Source of the DNA: Ignavibacteriales bacterium
Lineage (GTDB): Bacteria > Bacteroidota > Ignavibacteria > UBA10030 > UBA6906
Reading direction: 5' to 3'
DNA length: 64,000 nt
NCBI GenBank assembly: GCA_037441705.1
Contig: JBBIRR010000010.1
Coordinates: 1-64,000, forward strand
Positions 28,567 to 38,391 of the stretch are shown here, one piece after another; position 1 is the stretch's first letter; the number at the start of each line of letters is the position of its first letter. Below the pieces are notes generated by a model. It searched no databases and was not told the DNA's origin. It was given only the letters and a program-made list of their open reading frames with translations. The position numbers were made by a program, and so were the translations under genes.

Positions 28567-29388
28567 ATGAAAAAGACACTCGTTGTTCTTCCGGTGCTTC
28601 TTGCGGCTGCTCTCGCGTATGGGTTTTTCCTGTTCCAGGCTCGCACCGTGCGCGCGTTGGAGCAGGTGGGCATACCGGGCAGTTTTGTCAAGGACTGCAT
28701 CTGGTCCAGCTTCAGCGGCGGGTATCTCAGCTACCCGAGCGTGGACCGACTCAAAAGGATTGGCTCCGGCGAGCGTGCGGCAGTGGTGCGCGAAATTGCC
28801 GAGTTCGCGAAGAGTTATGTCCGCTCGGAGGAATTCAAGCAGAAGTACATGCAGTACCGCGACGGTCAGAAGCCGGAGAAGCCTTTGCCACCACGGACGA
28901 CGGCCGAGCAGCGGAAAGCAGACAAAGAAGAGATGCAGCGGCAAATTCGCGAAGCACAGCAGAATTTGAAGCAAACGCCTGCCGAGTATCGTCCCGTTGT
29001 CGCGCAAACCATCGAGATGATGAAACAACAGCTGAAGGAGATCGACAACCCGGCCAATCCTATGTACTCGCCGCAAGTGGATGAGTTTAACAAACAAGCC
29101 TACCAATTGCAGCTTGAGGACTACAAGAACCGTCTTGAAGAATGGGAGCGTGAGTATCCGCCGTCGCCTGCTGTGATGATCAAGAAATGGCTGACGCAGT
29201 TTCTTGAAGAGTCGCGCGACGTTGACTACAACGCCAAACTCACAGAGGGAGAGTACGGCAAGATGGTCTTTGTCAACCCGACGTACGAAAGTAAGTCACC
29301 CCACTGGAAGATGTGCTACCGCGCGGGGCGTGATGTTGTGCAGGCAGGGCGTGCTGCAGCCGAGCAATGGCTGCAGGAATTGAAGTAG
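28567..29388 (+). CDS. Hypothetical exported helical/coiled-coil protein
   Basis: N-terminal hydrophobic segment; Glu/Gln/Lys-rich helices; C-terminal WKMCYRAG. Confidence 0.75.
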   Translation: MKKTLVVLPVLLAAALAYGFFLFQARTVRALEQVGIPGSFVKDCIWSSFSGGYLSYPSVDRLKRIGSGERAAVVREIAEFAKSYVRSEEFKQKYMQYRDGQKPEKPLPPRTTAEQRKADKEEMQRQIREAQQNLKQTPAEYRPVVAQTIEMMKQQLKEIDNPANPMYSPQVDEFNKQAYQLQLEDYKNRLEEWEREYPPSPAVMIKKWLTQFLEESRDVDYNAKLTEGEYGKMVFVNPTYESKSPHWKMCYRAGRDVVQAGRAAAEQWLQELK

Positions 29389-29431
29389 ACCGTCGCGGCG
29401 GAACGGGTAAGCACAGAGTGCGTCCGGTGTG

Positions 29432-30295
29432 CTACTCGTTGCTTCCGTAAATCTCATCCACGCCATACTTGCTTGCAGCCCAGAGGGCAAGATTGGTGCA
29501 GATGGCAGCGATGGCATGCTTCTCTGCGTCCTTTCGCACGACGAGGTCGTATGTGTCGGCAACGAATTTCATGTTTCTCAAAATCTTGCCGACCTGCTCG
29601 CGCTTGACCGCGCCATGCCAGTACGCCACCTGTGTTTTGATCATCTCGCCGTGACGACGCAACAGCTCGCCCATGGGGAAGACTTTCTGGCTGAGCGGGG
29701 TACGCGGCGCGCAAATCTGGATGAGGTCGTCAAAGTACTCATCCCAATGCGTTGCGAAGGTGTGATTCTCGGGTCTTCGCAGGTAGCGCGCACGCTCGAG
29801 CGAAAACCGCGCTTTGGTCCGCACGCGGAACTTCGGCACCACCGGGTGCAGGTCGTACAGCGTTTCGTGGATATCGGGATCTGCCTCATCGAATTCCTTG
29901 TACGCCCAGCGCCGCTTCAACTGCCGCCAGGTGGCGACACACACAACGGGTGCCTTGCTGCTGTCGAGGTAGATAAAGCGTCCCTTCTCTGCACCCACAA
30001 CCGTAATCCAGTGACCCCACCCATCGACGCAGAGAAGCGCGGGATACCCGCGTTTGAGTGTCAGCAGCAGTTCGTGCTTTGCCCGTAATGCGTTCTTCTC
30101 GCGCACGAATCTGATCGTACATCCGTATGCCTTTGCAGCTTTGCCGAGTTGGATCTCGTCGGTTCCGTACCACCACGTGGAGCCTGCGATCTCGCTCACC
30201 TCTTGTACGTTCACAAACTCCCCGAGCATAATCAGCGCATGCTTCAACGCAAAGGGTCCGCACTGCCATTTATTTGGTTGGGGATAGAGGCTCAT
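29432..30295 (-). CDS. Papain-like (C39-type) cysteine peptidase-domain protein
   Basis: Q...QCGPFAL, GHWITVVG, YLDS give Gln/Cys/His/Asp in C39-like spacing; no signal peptide. Confidence 0.65.
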   Translation of the reverse strand: MSLYPQPNKWQCGPFALKHALIMLGEFVNVQEVSEIAGSTWWYGTDEIQLGKAAKAYGCTIRFVREKNALRAKHELLLTLKRGYPALLCVDGWGHWITVVGAEKGRFIYLDSSKAPVVCVATWRQLKRRWAYKEFDEADPDIHETLYDLHPVVPKFRVRTKARFSLERARYLRRPENHTFATHWDEYFDDLIQICAPRTPLSQKVFPMGELLRRHGEMIKTQVAYWHGAVKREQVGKILRNMKFVADTYDLVVRKDAEKHAIAAICTNLALWAASKYGVDEIYGSNE

Positions 30296-30481
30296 CGTCT
30301 AAGCATTTCCTTCGGTTCGGTTCGTGCACACATCCTACCCACGACGGCTGGTCAATTGTGGGGGAGGAAAAATAGAGAAGAAGAGGAGAAAATCAAATAG
30401 GAGATTGTCAGAAAAAATCTCCCATTTTTCTTAGGAAATCCGGCCAATGTTTGTTCGGCGCCCCGGGGCGGGGGATTTGTG

Positions 30482-32404
30482 TTACAGATCGAGTGCGGCC
30501 CGTACCTTCAGCAAAAGATCATTAGGGGTGTAAGGCTTCTGCAAAACGTGTTTGGCTCCCATCGCCAGAATCTCCGCTTTCTGGTCGGGGTCGATGTAGC
30601 CGCTCGTAAGCATGAAGCGAACAAAAGGATTGATATGCAGCAGCTGCTGGAACACATCATAGCCGCTGAGCTTCGGCAAACCGAGGTCGGAGAGGACAAG
30701 ATGAATTGCTTCATGATGTTGTCGGTACACTTCTAACGCCTGTTCACCATCTGCGGCCGTGAGGACGTTGTAGCCGTGCGCCTCGAGCACGGATTGTGCA
30801 AGCTCGCGCAAGGGTTCTTCATCCTCAACAATGAGAATCGTCTCCGTCCCCGATGGGAGCGCCTCGGGAACAGATTCGCTCACTCGTTCAGCCTCGGCGG
30901 CGGCGCCTCTGGCAGGCAGATACACGAAGAAGGTTGCGCCCGCTCCTGGCGCGCTCACGACGTCGACAAAGCCGGCGTGACTTTGCACGATGCCGTACAC
31001 GACCGCAAGTCCCAGCCCCGTTCCTTTTCCGCGTTCCTTCGTGGTGAAGAAGGGTTCGAATGCTCTGCGGCGGATCTCCTCGCTCATGCCCGTCCCGGTG
31101 TCCTTCACTTCAACGACGACGTATTTCTGGGAAGCACTGCCGGGGGCCTTGGCCTGCACCTCCTCCTCGGCGGCAAGGCGCGTTCGTAAGGTGAGCGTTC
31201 CTCCCGAGGGCATTGCATCGCGCGCATTGATGCACAGGTTGAGGAGGACTTGATGGAGTTGATTGATGTCTGCCGTGATGAGCGGCAGCTCGCGCGCAAG
31301 ATGCGTGGTGATGGTGATCGTCTTGGGAAACGTTTCGGCCAGAAGACGCGCGACGTCGTTCACGACCGTATTGATGTGGGCGGACTCGAGTATGACGTCC
31401 GTCTTGCGGGCAAACGTGAGAAGCTGGCGCACAAGCCCCGAGCCGCGCTGCGCCGCGCTGATGATTGCATCCATGCCGCGCTTCACACGATCAGGTGTTG
31501 TCCGAAAGCGCTCTACCATCGCCGCGTGCCCGAGGATAATACCGAGGATGTTGTTGAAGTCGTGCGCAATCCCGCCAGCCAGCGTCCCCAAACTTTCCAG
31601 ACGTTGGATTTCGGTCAACCGTTTTTCGAGTGCCTTCTGCGCAGTGATGTCGCGGACCATACCGGAAATGATGTCCCCTTCCAGCGACGCACTGACCAAC
31701 ACCGTCCTCTCGTGCAGGTGCTTCGTCAGCAACTGCAGTTCGAAGTTCATCACCTTCCCCGATCTCTTCAGCTCATCAAGAAAGCGTTCTCGATCGGCAA
31801 TGTTCTTGTAATGTGTCAGGGCATTGCGCGACATCATCTCCTGCTGCGAATCGAATTCGAACATCTGAACCATTGCCGGGTTCACATACAACACATCTCC
31901 CCAGACATTGCTTTTGAACACACCGACGGTTGCAGTCTCCACGAGATCCTTGAATACCTTCTCTGAGGCGGAAAGGGCACGCTCCAGCTCGGTGCGTCGT
32001 GCAAGATCCTCTTGCAGCAATGCGGTGCGCTCATCAACTTTCTTCTCCAGGTCGTCCTTCAGAGCTTTGAATTTGGAGAGAAGCCAGGCAATGATGAAAA
32101 ACATCCCCGTTCGCGAAGCGGCATTCCAGTATGTGAACGCCATACTGGTGCCTCCTTCGTGCCAGAATGCATTGGCCGTAAACCACGTCAATCCGCACAT
32201 CAGACTGACAGCAATTCCTACCCACAGACCGCAAAACCACGTGGAGAACATCACAGGGATCAAATAGAAAATCGTGAACCCAATCTGCGGGCCGGTGAGG
32301 TAGTCCGCCGTGCCAACCAACAGCGCCTGCACGAGGGCAAGCAGAACAACCAGGTTGCGCGAATGCGCGAGACGTTCCGCAAGAATTGTGAGCGTTATTG
32401 CCAT
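30482..32404 (-). CDS. Membrane-bound hybrid histidine kinase (TM, PAS, HisKA, HATPase, REC)
   Basis: GGIAHDFNN, NLCINARDAM, DTGTGM, FEPFFTTK, GTGLGL, LIVEDE, LSDLGLP. Confidence 0.93.
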   Translation of the reverse strand: MAITLTILAERLAHSRNLVVLLALVQALLVGTADYLTGPQIGFTIFYLIPVMFSTWFCGLWVGIAVSLMCGLTWFTANAFWHEGGTSMAFTYWNAASRTGMFFIIAWLLSKFKALKDDLEKKVDERTALLQEDLARRTELERALSASEKVFKDLVETATVGVFKSNVWGDVLYVNPAMVQMFEFDSQQEMMSRNALTHYKNIADRERFLDELKRSGKVMNFELQLLTKHLHERTVLVSASLEGDIISGMVRDITAQKALEKRLTEIQRLESLGTLAGGIAHDFNNILGIILGHAAMVERFRTTPDRVKRGMDAIISAAQRGSGLVRQLLTFARKTDVILESAHINTVVNDVARLLAETFPKTITITTHLARELPLITADINQLHQVLLNLCINARDAMPSGGTLTLRTRLAAEEEVQAKAPGSASQKYVVVEVKDTGTGMSEEIRRRAFEPFFTTKERGKGTGLGLAVVYGIVQSHAGFVDVVSAPGAGATFFVYLPARGAAAEAERVSESVPEALPSGTETILIVEDEEPLRELAQSVLEAHGYNVLTAADGEQALEVYRQHHEAIHLVLSDLGLPKLSGYDVFQQLLHINPFVRFMLTSGYIDPDQKAEILAMGAKHVLQKPYTPNDLLLKVRAALDL

Positions 32405-32952
32405 TTCTCTCGTGCATTCCTTCTGATGGACACGACATCCCGAAAGAGCTGGACGACAAGAATGACCACGACTGCGCCGCAAACGGCCACACCGGTCCAG
32501 TGGACGGTAGCCGCCATCGGCTCGGCCGCATCGAGCCGCCCGCGAAGCAGCCAGTGCCAATCGTGAATCAATCCCTCGCGAATCAACCTGAGGTTTCGGT
32601 AGGGGGCGTCGCCAATGTACGCGGCAACGTTCACGAAGTTTTCCCCGAACCAGAACATCGGATACACGGTTTGCCGGGGATGTTCGCGGAACGTGACCGC
32701 CGCCAGCGCAAGCGGAAGGAGACACTGCATAAGCGATCCTCCGAGGATGGACATTGTTTGACCAAAGATGCGAAAGAACAGATGCCCGGCCTCATGAATG
32801 AACAGGTTCACAACATCCAGAACCCACAAGACGAACGGCGGATGAAAGCCCAGGGGATCGGCAGGGTGATACTCGAAGGCGAGAAACCAGAACAAGTACG
32901 CCAGATAGCAGGCAATCAAGAATCTTGCAGCAAGTGCGCCATAGAGTTTCAC
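32395..32952 (-). CDS. Membrane protein with HExxH motif (M50-like)
   Basis: IHEAGH, GGSLMQ, YIGDA, HDW; several TM helices. Confidence 0.7.
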   Translation of the reverse strand: MKLYGALAARFLIACYLAYLFWFLAFEYHPADPLGFHPPFVLWVLDVVNLFIHEAGHLFFRIFGQTMSILGGSLMQCLLPLALAAVTFREHPRQTVYPMFWFGENFVNVAAYIGDAPYRNLRLIREGLIHDWHWLLRGRLDAAEPMAATVHWTGVAVCGAVVVILVVQLFRDVVSIRRNAREKWQ

Positions 32953-32966
32953 TGTCCTACCGTCGT

Positions 32967-33461
32967 TTATCTCTTGGTCTCGCGATAGAACAGAATCAAA
33001 TCGGTGCTGACCGGCTGCATGTCTAACTGTCGCAGCATCGTAACAATCTGGCCGCGATGGTAGCTTGAGTGATTGACCAGATGTTGAAATGCCTGCCAGT
33101 ACACATGCGTGTACACATCACCCTTGAGCGTCTTCATCTCGAACACTTCTTGCAGTTTCTTGTCGGACATCGTCCCGATCCATCGCGCCATTTCATAGCC
33201 TACATCTTCCCAGATCGTCCGCAGAGCGGAAGCGGAAGCGATCTCTTCGGCCTTCAGGAACGGCTGAGGGTTCCCGATGAAGCGTTCCAGCCAGATCTTC
33301 TCGGCGCCAACCATGTGCGTGAGCGTGCCGTGAATGCTGCCGTGACTTGCCTTCATGTCCTTCTTGTACTGCTCCTCCGTCAGCCGCTGGACGGCATCGA
33401 AGATCCGGTTGTTCGCCCACGCGTTGTACGCGTGCAGCATCTTCACTTCCTGGAGTGTCAT
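32967..33461 (-). CDS. DinB/YfiT family protein
   Basis: YNAWAN, SIHGTLTH, HLVNHSSYHRGQ. Confidence 0.92.
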   Translation of the reverse strand: MTLQEVKMLHAYNAWANNRIFDAVQRLTEEQYKKDMKASHGSIHGTLTHMVGAEKIWLERFIGNPQPFLKAEEIASASALRTIWEDVGYEMARWIGTMSDKKLQEVFEMKTLKGDVYTHVYWQAFQHLVNHSSYHRGQIVTMLRQLDMQPVSTDLILFYRETKR

Positions 33462-33479
33462 GGCGCACCTGTGGTTGTG

Positions 33480-34172
33480 TTACTTCGTCATGGTGAAAAC
33501 ATTGTAGGCGAGAATAACGGCGAAGAGGATGAATGCTCCCCCGGCAAACTTGAAGATGGTGGTGATCAATGTCGCGGAGAGCTTAGCATGATGTTTCATG
33601 ATGAACCGCAACATGACGGCGAACCACAGCGTGGTGCCGATGCCGAACCCGATGGAGTAGAAGAGGCTCGCGCTGAACGAACGCTCGAGGATGCCCTGCG
33701 CGTGAAGATAGCTGATAACGGCGATCATCGAAGGAAGGAATGTTGGGGTAGCAAGGTTCGTGAATGCGATGAGCGTCCCGAGGAACAAGGGCGAGCCGTG
33801 ACCGATCCTGCGTGCGCGTTCCTCCTGTGCCCGCTCCCGCTCGATGATGTGGCGTTCGGCTTTCGGATCGTGTTTGTCCATCAAATAGCGTATCCCCAAC
33901 ACCATCAGAATTAGAAAGCACAGAATCTGAAACAGAATGGATACCCACCGATTCTCCAGAAAGAAGCTACTGAGCCAGACAACGAGAGCCGATGAGGCAA
34001 AGGCGGCAAGCAAGTTATAGAACACATCCATCACAGCAGCGCCGGTGCCGACAAGCATCGCCTCTTTGTAATGCTTGCTGACCGCCTTCTTCATGAAGGC
34101 AAGGGCGAGCGGTCCAGGAGGAATGGAGAGCGTGAAGCCGAGGAGAATTCCGAGAACCAGAGCGGCGATCAT
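33480..34172 (-). CDS. LysE-family translocator
   Basis: SIPPGP near the N-terminus; six TM segments; GIGTTLWF. Confidence 0.8.
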   Translation of the reverse strand: MIAALVLGILLGFTLSIPPGPLALAFMKKAVSKHYKEAMLVGTGAAVMDVFYNLLAAFASSALVVWLSSFFLENRWVSILFQILCFLILMVLGIRYLMDKHDPKAERHIIERERAQEERARRIGHGSPLFLGTLIAFTNLATPTFLPSMIAVISYLHAQGILERSFSASLFYSIGFGIGTTLWFAVMLRFIMKHHAKLSATLITTIFKFAGGAFILFAVILAYNVFTMTK

Positions 34173-34213
34173 GATGTTATGCGTACTGTGGCGGATGATG
34201 CATGGTGATCTCC

Positions 34214-36076
34214 TCAGAACACAATACCCTCTTGGAGGACCCGTTCCCTCATGAGCTGAACCCGCACCTTCAACTCGGCCATGAGCGATTGGAATCCTGC
34301 GTCGGCATGGAGATTCTCCAACCGAGGGTCCACTACGAGCCAGCGATAGTCTCTCCACCCTCGTGCTATCGCCTTGCTCAGCCACCGATTGGCTTCTTGA
34401 AGATTGCCCAGCATCGAGTAAACGTAAACAACACCGAGGACGGGCAGCTCATCGCCTTTTTCAGCGACTTCAGCGAGAAGGCGCTTCAAATCCGTCTCGA
34501 GCAATTGAGTAGCCCTCCGATGTTCTCCCAACTTCTGAAGAGCAAACGCAAGCTGGAACGCCGATTCAACCATTCCCTGAGAATAGAGCGTGTCGTAGTA
34601 CGCGGCGGCCTTTGCATAATTTCCGGAAAACGTCTCCACCTCTGCAAGATAGTCGAGGACGAGATGAGTATCGGGCGTACGGCGCAGGAGCGTGTCGCGC
34701 ACCGCTTGCGCCCGAGAAAGCTCACCGCGTGTCAGATGCAGCCAGCCGAGCTGCATGTATGCATATTGCTGGTTCGGATCGAGCGCAAGGGCGCGACGGT
34801 ACGCGCGAAACGCGGCGCTGTCCAATTCCAGAATCTGATACACCAACGCCATGGTGATGTGGATGTACGGCCGTTCCGGTGCCAGGGTCACAGCCTTGTT
34901 CAACAGCGAGATCGCGGTATCAAGATTCCCTCGCCGCTTGTAGATATCGGCGAGATTGGTAATCACCGATGCATAGTTGGGATTAAGCCGGAGGGCTGTC
35001 TTGTATGCCTCGAGAGCTTTATCCTGCCACGCCTTCGCGTCATAGGCCAGGCCGAGTGCCTTATAGCCTTCGGCCAGATTAGGATCCAGCTCGATGGCGG
35101 TGAGACTTGCTGCGAGCGCTGAATCGATCCACGTCTTAGGGTACTCGAATTTGTAGACACGCTGCGAGTAGGCATCGGCAAGGCCGGCGTAGGCGATGGC
35201 ATAGTGGGGGTCGAGACCGATTGCCTTGCGAAAATATTCAATGGCGATCTCGTTATCGTCCTTGCTGTACCGATAGTAATGCTCTCGACCTTTCAGGTAC
35301 AGAGCATACGCGTCGAGATTTGTTGTCGGGGTAGTCTGGATCAGACGCAGCTCTTGAGGCGAGAGTGTAGCTTGGAGAGACGCGGCGATTTTCTGCGCGA
35401 CTTCGCTCTGAATCGAGAAAATATCCTTCAGCTCTCGATCATACGTTTCCGACCATAGATGCTGATCGCTTTGGGCATCAATCAACTGGGCGACGATTCG
35501 GACCCGGTTGCCCGTCCTCCTGAAACTTCCTTCCAGCACAACACCGGCACCCAGCTCTTCAGCTATTTCCGGGATGCTTTTTTGGACGTCCTTGTACTTC
35601 ATCGCCGAGGTTCTGGAGATGACGTTCAGGTCGCCGATCTTTGAGAGTTGTGTCAGAATATCCTCCATGACGCCGTCGCTGAAGAACTCATCCTCTTTGC
35701 TGTCGCTGAAATTCTTGAACGGAAGCACGGCAATCGTGCGCTCCTTCGGCGGAAGCTTTGCGCGGCGTGTTGCGCTTCCGACATTGAGGGAAACGACGAG
35801 GGCAACAACGCCAATGACGGAATGCATCACGATTTCGCGTACGCGTACGTTCTGCGGCCCTTCCTTGCCGTGATACCACGCAACCAGAAAGGCGCTGGCA
35901 AGGCCGCACGTTGCCAGCGTTACCACCACCGGGAAAATACGCGGCGGAAGGCCGTACACGTCGGTGAACAGACGAACAATCCCGATCGTTGTCAGGGCCG
36001 AACTCATGTAAATCGCCAGCGTCTTCCGAACGTTGCGCGCCTGCAGCTCATTGAAGAAGCTCTTCACGACGGGCAT
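34214..36076 (-). CDS. Membrane-anchored TolB-like/TPR protein
   Basis: 3 TM, IAVLPFKNFS..EFFSDG, VISRTS, LWSETYDR, AYALYLKG, multiple TPRs. Confidence 0.88.
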   Translation of the reverse strand: MPVVKSFFNELQARNVRKTLAIYMSSALTTIGIVRLFTDVYGLPPRIFPVVVTLATCGLASAFLVAWYHGKEGPQNVRVREIVMHSVIGVVALVVSLNVGSATRRAKLPPKERTIAVLPFKNFSDSKEDEFFSDGVMEDILTQLSKIGDLNVISRTSAMKYKDVQKSIPEIAEELGAGVVLEGSFRRTGNRVRIVAQLIDAQSDQHLWSETYDRELKDIFSIQSEVAQKIAASLQATLSPQELRLIQTTPTTNLDAYALYLKGREHYYRYSKDDNEIAIEYFRKAIGLDPHYAIAYAGLADAYSQRVYKFEYPKTWIDSALAASLTAIELDPNLAEGYKALGLAYDAKAWQDKALEAYKTALRLNPNYASVITNLADIYKRRGNLDTAISLLNKAVTLAPERPYIHITMALVYQILELDSAAFRAYRRALALDPNQQYAYMQLGWLHLTRGELSRAQAVRDTLLRRTPDTHLVLDYLAEVETFSGNYAKAAAYYDTLYSQGMVESAFQLAFALQKLGEHRRATQLLETDLKRLLAEVAEKGDELPVLGVVYVYSMLGNLQEANRWLSKAIARGWRDYRWLVVDPRLENLHADAGFQSLMAELKVRVQLMRERVLQEGIVF

Positions 36077-36237
36077 GGACAGTGATCGAGGTGGTGCTTG
36101 CGTGCTTGAGGATGGACGTGGCCCAACCGGGTTCAAAATACGGATTACACCTGCAATGTGCAACGCCGTTGCTTCTCAGCCACGTACTTCCTACCTTTGA
36201 ACAGCCAATCCTGTTCTACCATCACCAGATCGTTCCC

Positions 36238-37050
36238 ATGCGTGAATATCTTGACCTCGTCGAACGTGTTCTGACCAACGGGACGTACAAGAAGAACCGC
36301 ACCGGCGTTGATACCCTTTCCTGCTTTGCCGAGCACTACATGGTTGACTTGAGCAAGGGTTTTCCGTTGCTCACCACGAAGAAGGTCAACTTCAAGGCGA
36401 TGCTGCATGAAGTTCTGTGGTACCTTTCGGGGGAAGATCATATTCGCAATCTGCGGCAGCATACGAGAATCTGGGACGCATGGGCGGACGAAAACGGCAA
36501 TCTTGAGACGGCCTACGGTCGGTACTGGCGGCGTTTCCCAAGCGCACAGATCAATCCCCAGACCGGAACGTATGAGGTGGTGGAGATTGATCAGATCGGA
36601 AAGATCATCGAGCTGCTGAAGACGGACCCGAACTCGCGTCGGATGGTGGTGACCGCCTGGGAGCCGGGCAACGCGCTGAACAGCAAGCTGCCGCCGTGTC
36701 ACTACACGTTTGCCTTCAACGTGCAGGGAAGGAAGCTCAACTGCCATCTCACGCAGCGCTCCGGGGATATCGCCATCGGCGTTCCGTTCAATCTTGCCGC
36801 GTATGCGCTGCTGACGCAGATTCTCGCGCAGGAGTGCGGGTTCGAGTTGGGCTTCTTCAGTCATACCATCGTTGACGCCCACATTTATGTGAACCACATT
36901 GAAGGCTTGAAGGAACAGCTGAAGCGGACGCCGAAGCCTCTCCCGCGTCTGGAAATCGCGCGCAAACCGATCGACGAACTACGCTTTGAAGATTTTTCGT
37001 TGATCGGGTATGAGTGTTACGAGCCGATAAAGTTCGAGGTCGCGGTGTGA
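36238..37050 (+). CDS. thyA: Thymidylate synthase
   Basis: RTGVDT, FPLLTTKK, LPPCH, QRSGD, GVPFN, DAHIY. Confidence 0.97.
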   Translation: MREYLDLVERVLTNGTYKKNRTGVDTLSCFAEHYMVDLSKGFPLLTTKKVNFKAMLHEVLWYLSGEDHIRNLRQHTRIWDAWADENGNLETAYGRYWRRFPSAQINPQTGTYEVVEIDQIGKIIELLKTDPNSRRMVVTAWEPGNALNSKLPPCHYTFAFNVQGRKLNCHLTQRSGDIAIGVPFNLAAYALLTQILAQECGFELGFFSHTIVDAHIYVNHIEGLKEQLKRTPKPLPRLEIARKPIDELRFEDFSLIGYECYEPIKFEVAV

Positions 37051-37520
37051 TTCTTGCCATCATCGCGGCCATCGGCAAGAACCGGGTGATCGGGAAGGAG
37101 GGGAAGCTGCCGTGGCACATTTCCGACGATCTCAAGCGCTTCAAACATCTCACGACGGGACACACGGTGATCATGGGGCGCAGGACGTTCGAATCGCTCG
37201 GCAAGCCGCTGCCTCACCGCCGCAATGTCGTCATCACCTCTCGTTCGATCCCTCATGTCGAAACCTACCCGTCTGTTGATGCCGCACTGCATGCGCTCGC
37301 GCATGAGGAGCGTGTCTTCGTGATCGGGGGAGCGCAACTGTATGCCCAGACGCTCGAGCGGGCAGACGAGCTGTACCTGACGATGGTGGAAGGCGAGTAC
37401 GATGGCGACACGTTCTTTCCCGCGTATGAACATATCGTCGAGGCGCGCTTTCGCGCGATCCGCACAGAGAAACATGAGGGGTACACGTTTGTTGACTATG
37501 TGCGGAATACAACGCGCTGA
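37047..37520 (+). CDS. folA: Dihydrofolate reductase
   Basis: GTG start overlapping the thyA stop; LPWHISDDLKRFK, IMGRRTFES, LPHRRN, VIGGA, GDTFFP. Confidence 0.96.
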   Translation: MILAIIAAIGKNRVIGKEGKLPWHISDDLKRFKHLTTGHTVIMGRRTFESLGKPLPHRRNVVITSRSIPHVETYPSVDAALHALAHEERVFVIGGAQLYAQTLERADELYLTMVEGEYDGDTFFPAYEHIVEARFRAIRTEKHEGYTFVDYVRNTTR

Positions 37521-37592
37521 TTGCCGTTGCCTTCCTTCCATGTTTTCGCTACATTGATACGGGCACATTCTCACGCGTTCTTTCATTCCTCC

Positions 37593-38378
37593 ATGCACGC
37601 CTTACGGGTAGACAACATCTCGTTCGCATATCGGCGCGGCTCTCCGACGTTGAGGAATGTTTCGTTCGCTGTCCACAAGGGGGAGTTCCTGAGCCTGGTT
37701 GGTCCGAACGGTGCCGGGAAGTCCACACTGCTGAGATTGCTCGATCGAATTCTCCTGCCTGATGAGGGGAACATTTTCTTGGGCGAACAGAGGCTGACAG
37801 GCTTCTCGCGAACCGAACTGGCACGCCGCATCGCGTTCATTCCACAGGAGGCAGGCATTCTGTTTCCGTTCACCGTTGCCGAAGTGGTGTTGATGGGCCG
37901 CTCGCCGCACACGCACGGCGCAATGTTCGAGAACGAGACCGACCGGCAGATTGCACGCGATATGATGCGCCTGACCGACACGCTGCATATCGCCGACCAG
38001 CCCGTAACGGCGATTTCCGGAGGCGAACGACAGCGGGTTTTCATCGCGCGGGCGCTTGCCCAACAGCCCGACATTCTGTTGATGGACGAGCCGAACGCCC
38101 ATCTCGACATCGCCCACCAGCTCGAGACGTTTTCTCTCATCAAGAAGCTCAATCTCGAACAGAAGCTGACGGTCGTCTGTGTCTCGCATGATTTGAATCT
38201 TGCGGCAACGTACAGCGACCGGATCGGCATCCTCGTGTGTGGTTCATTGACAGCGTTAGGAACCCCACACGAGGTGCTGACGGAAAGCACCATACGCTCG
38301 GCGTTCCAGGCGTCGGTGATCGTGGATCGGCATCCGACGAAGGACGCTCCGCGTATTTCACTTCTTCCTCTCTCTTGA
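37593..38378 (+). CDS. Iron-chelate/cobalamin ABC transporter ATP-binding subunit (FepC/BtuD-like)
   Basis: GPNGAGKST, SGGERQRVFIARALAQ, DEPNAHLD, HDLNLA; TTGCCT-N17-TACATT upstream. Confidence 0.9.
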   Translation: MHALRVDNISFAYRRGSPTLRNVSFAVHKGEFLSLVGPNGAGKSTLLRLLDRILLPDEGNIFLGEQRLTGFSRTELARRIAFIPQEAGILFPFTVAEVVLMGRSPHTHGAMFENETDRQIARDMMRLTDTLHIADQPVTAISGGERQRVFIARALAQQPDILLMDEPNAHLDIAHQLETFSLIKKLNLEQKLTVVCVSHDLNLAATYSDRIGILVCGSLTALGTPHEVLTESTIRSAFQASVIVDRHPTKDAPRISLLPLS

Positions 38379-38391
38379 CGAAAGAACTCTC

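Noticed and set aside
30482-32725. ORF-track N-terminal extensions (hybrid kinase from 32725, LysE from 34385, GH5 from 22689, lipoprotein from 55645)
   Set aside because: They overlap neighbouring genes extensively; downstream starts fit signal peptides and domain boundaries better
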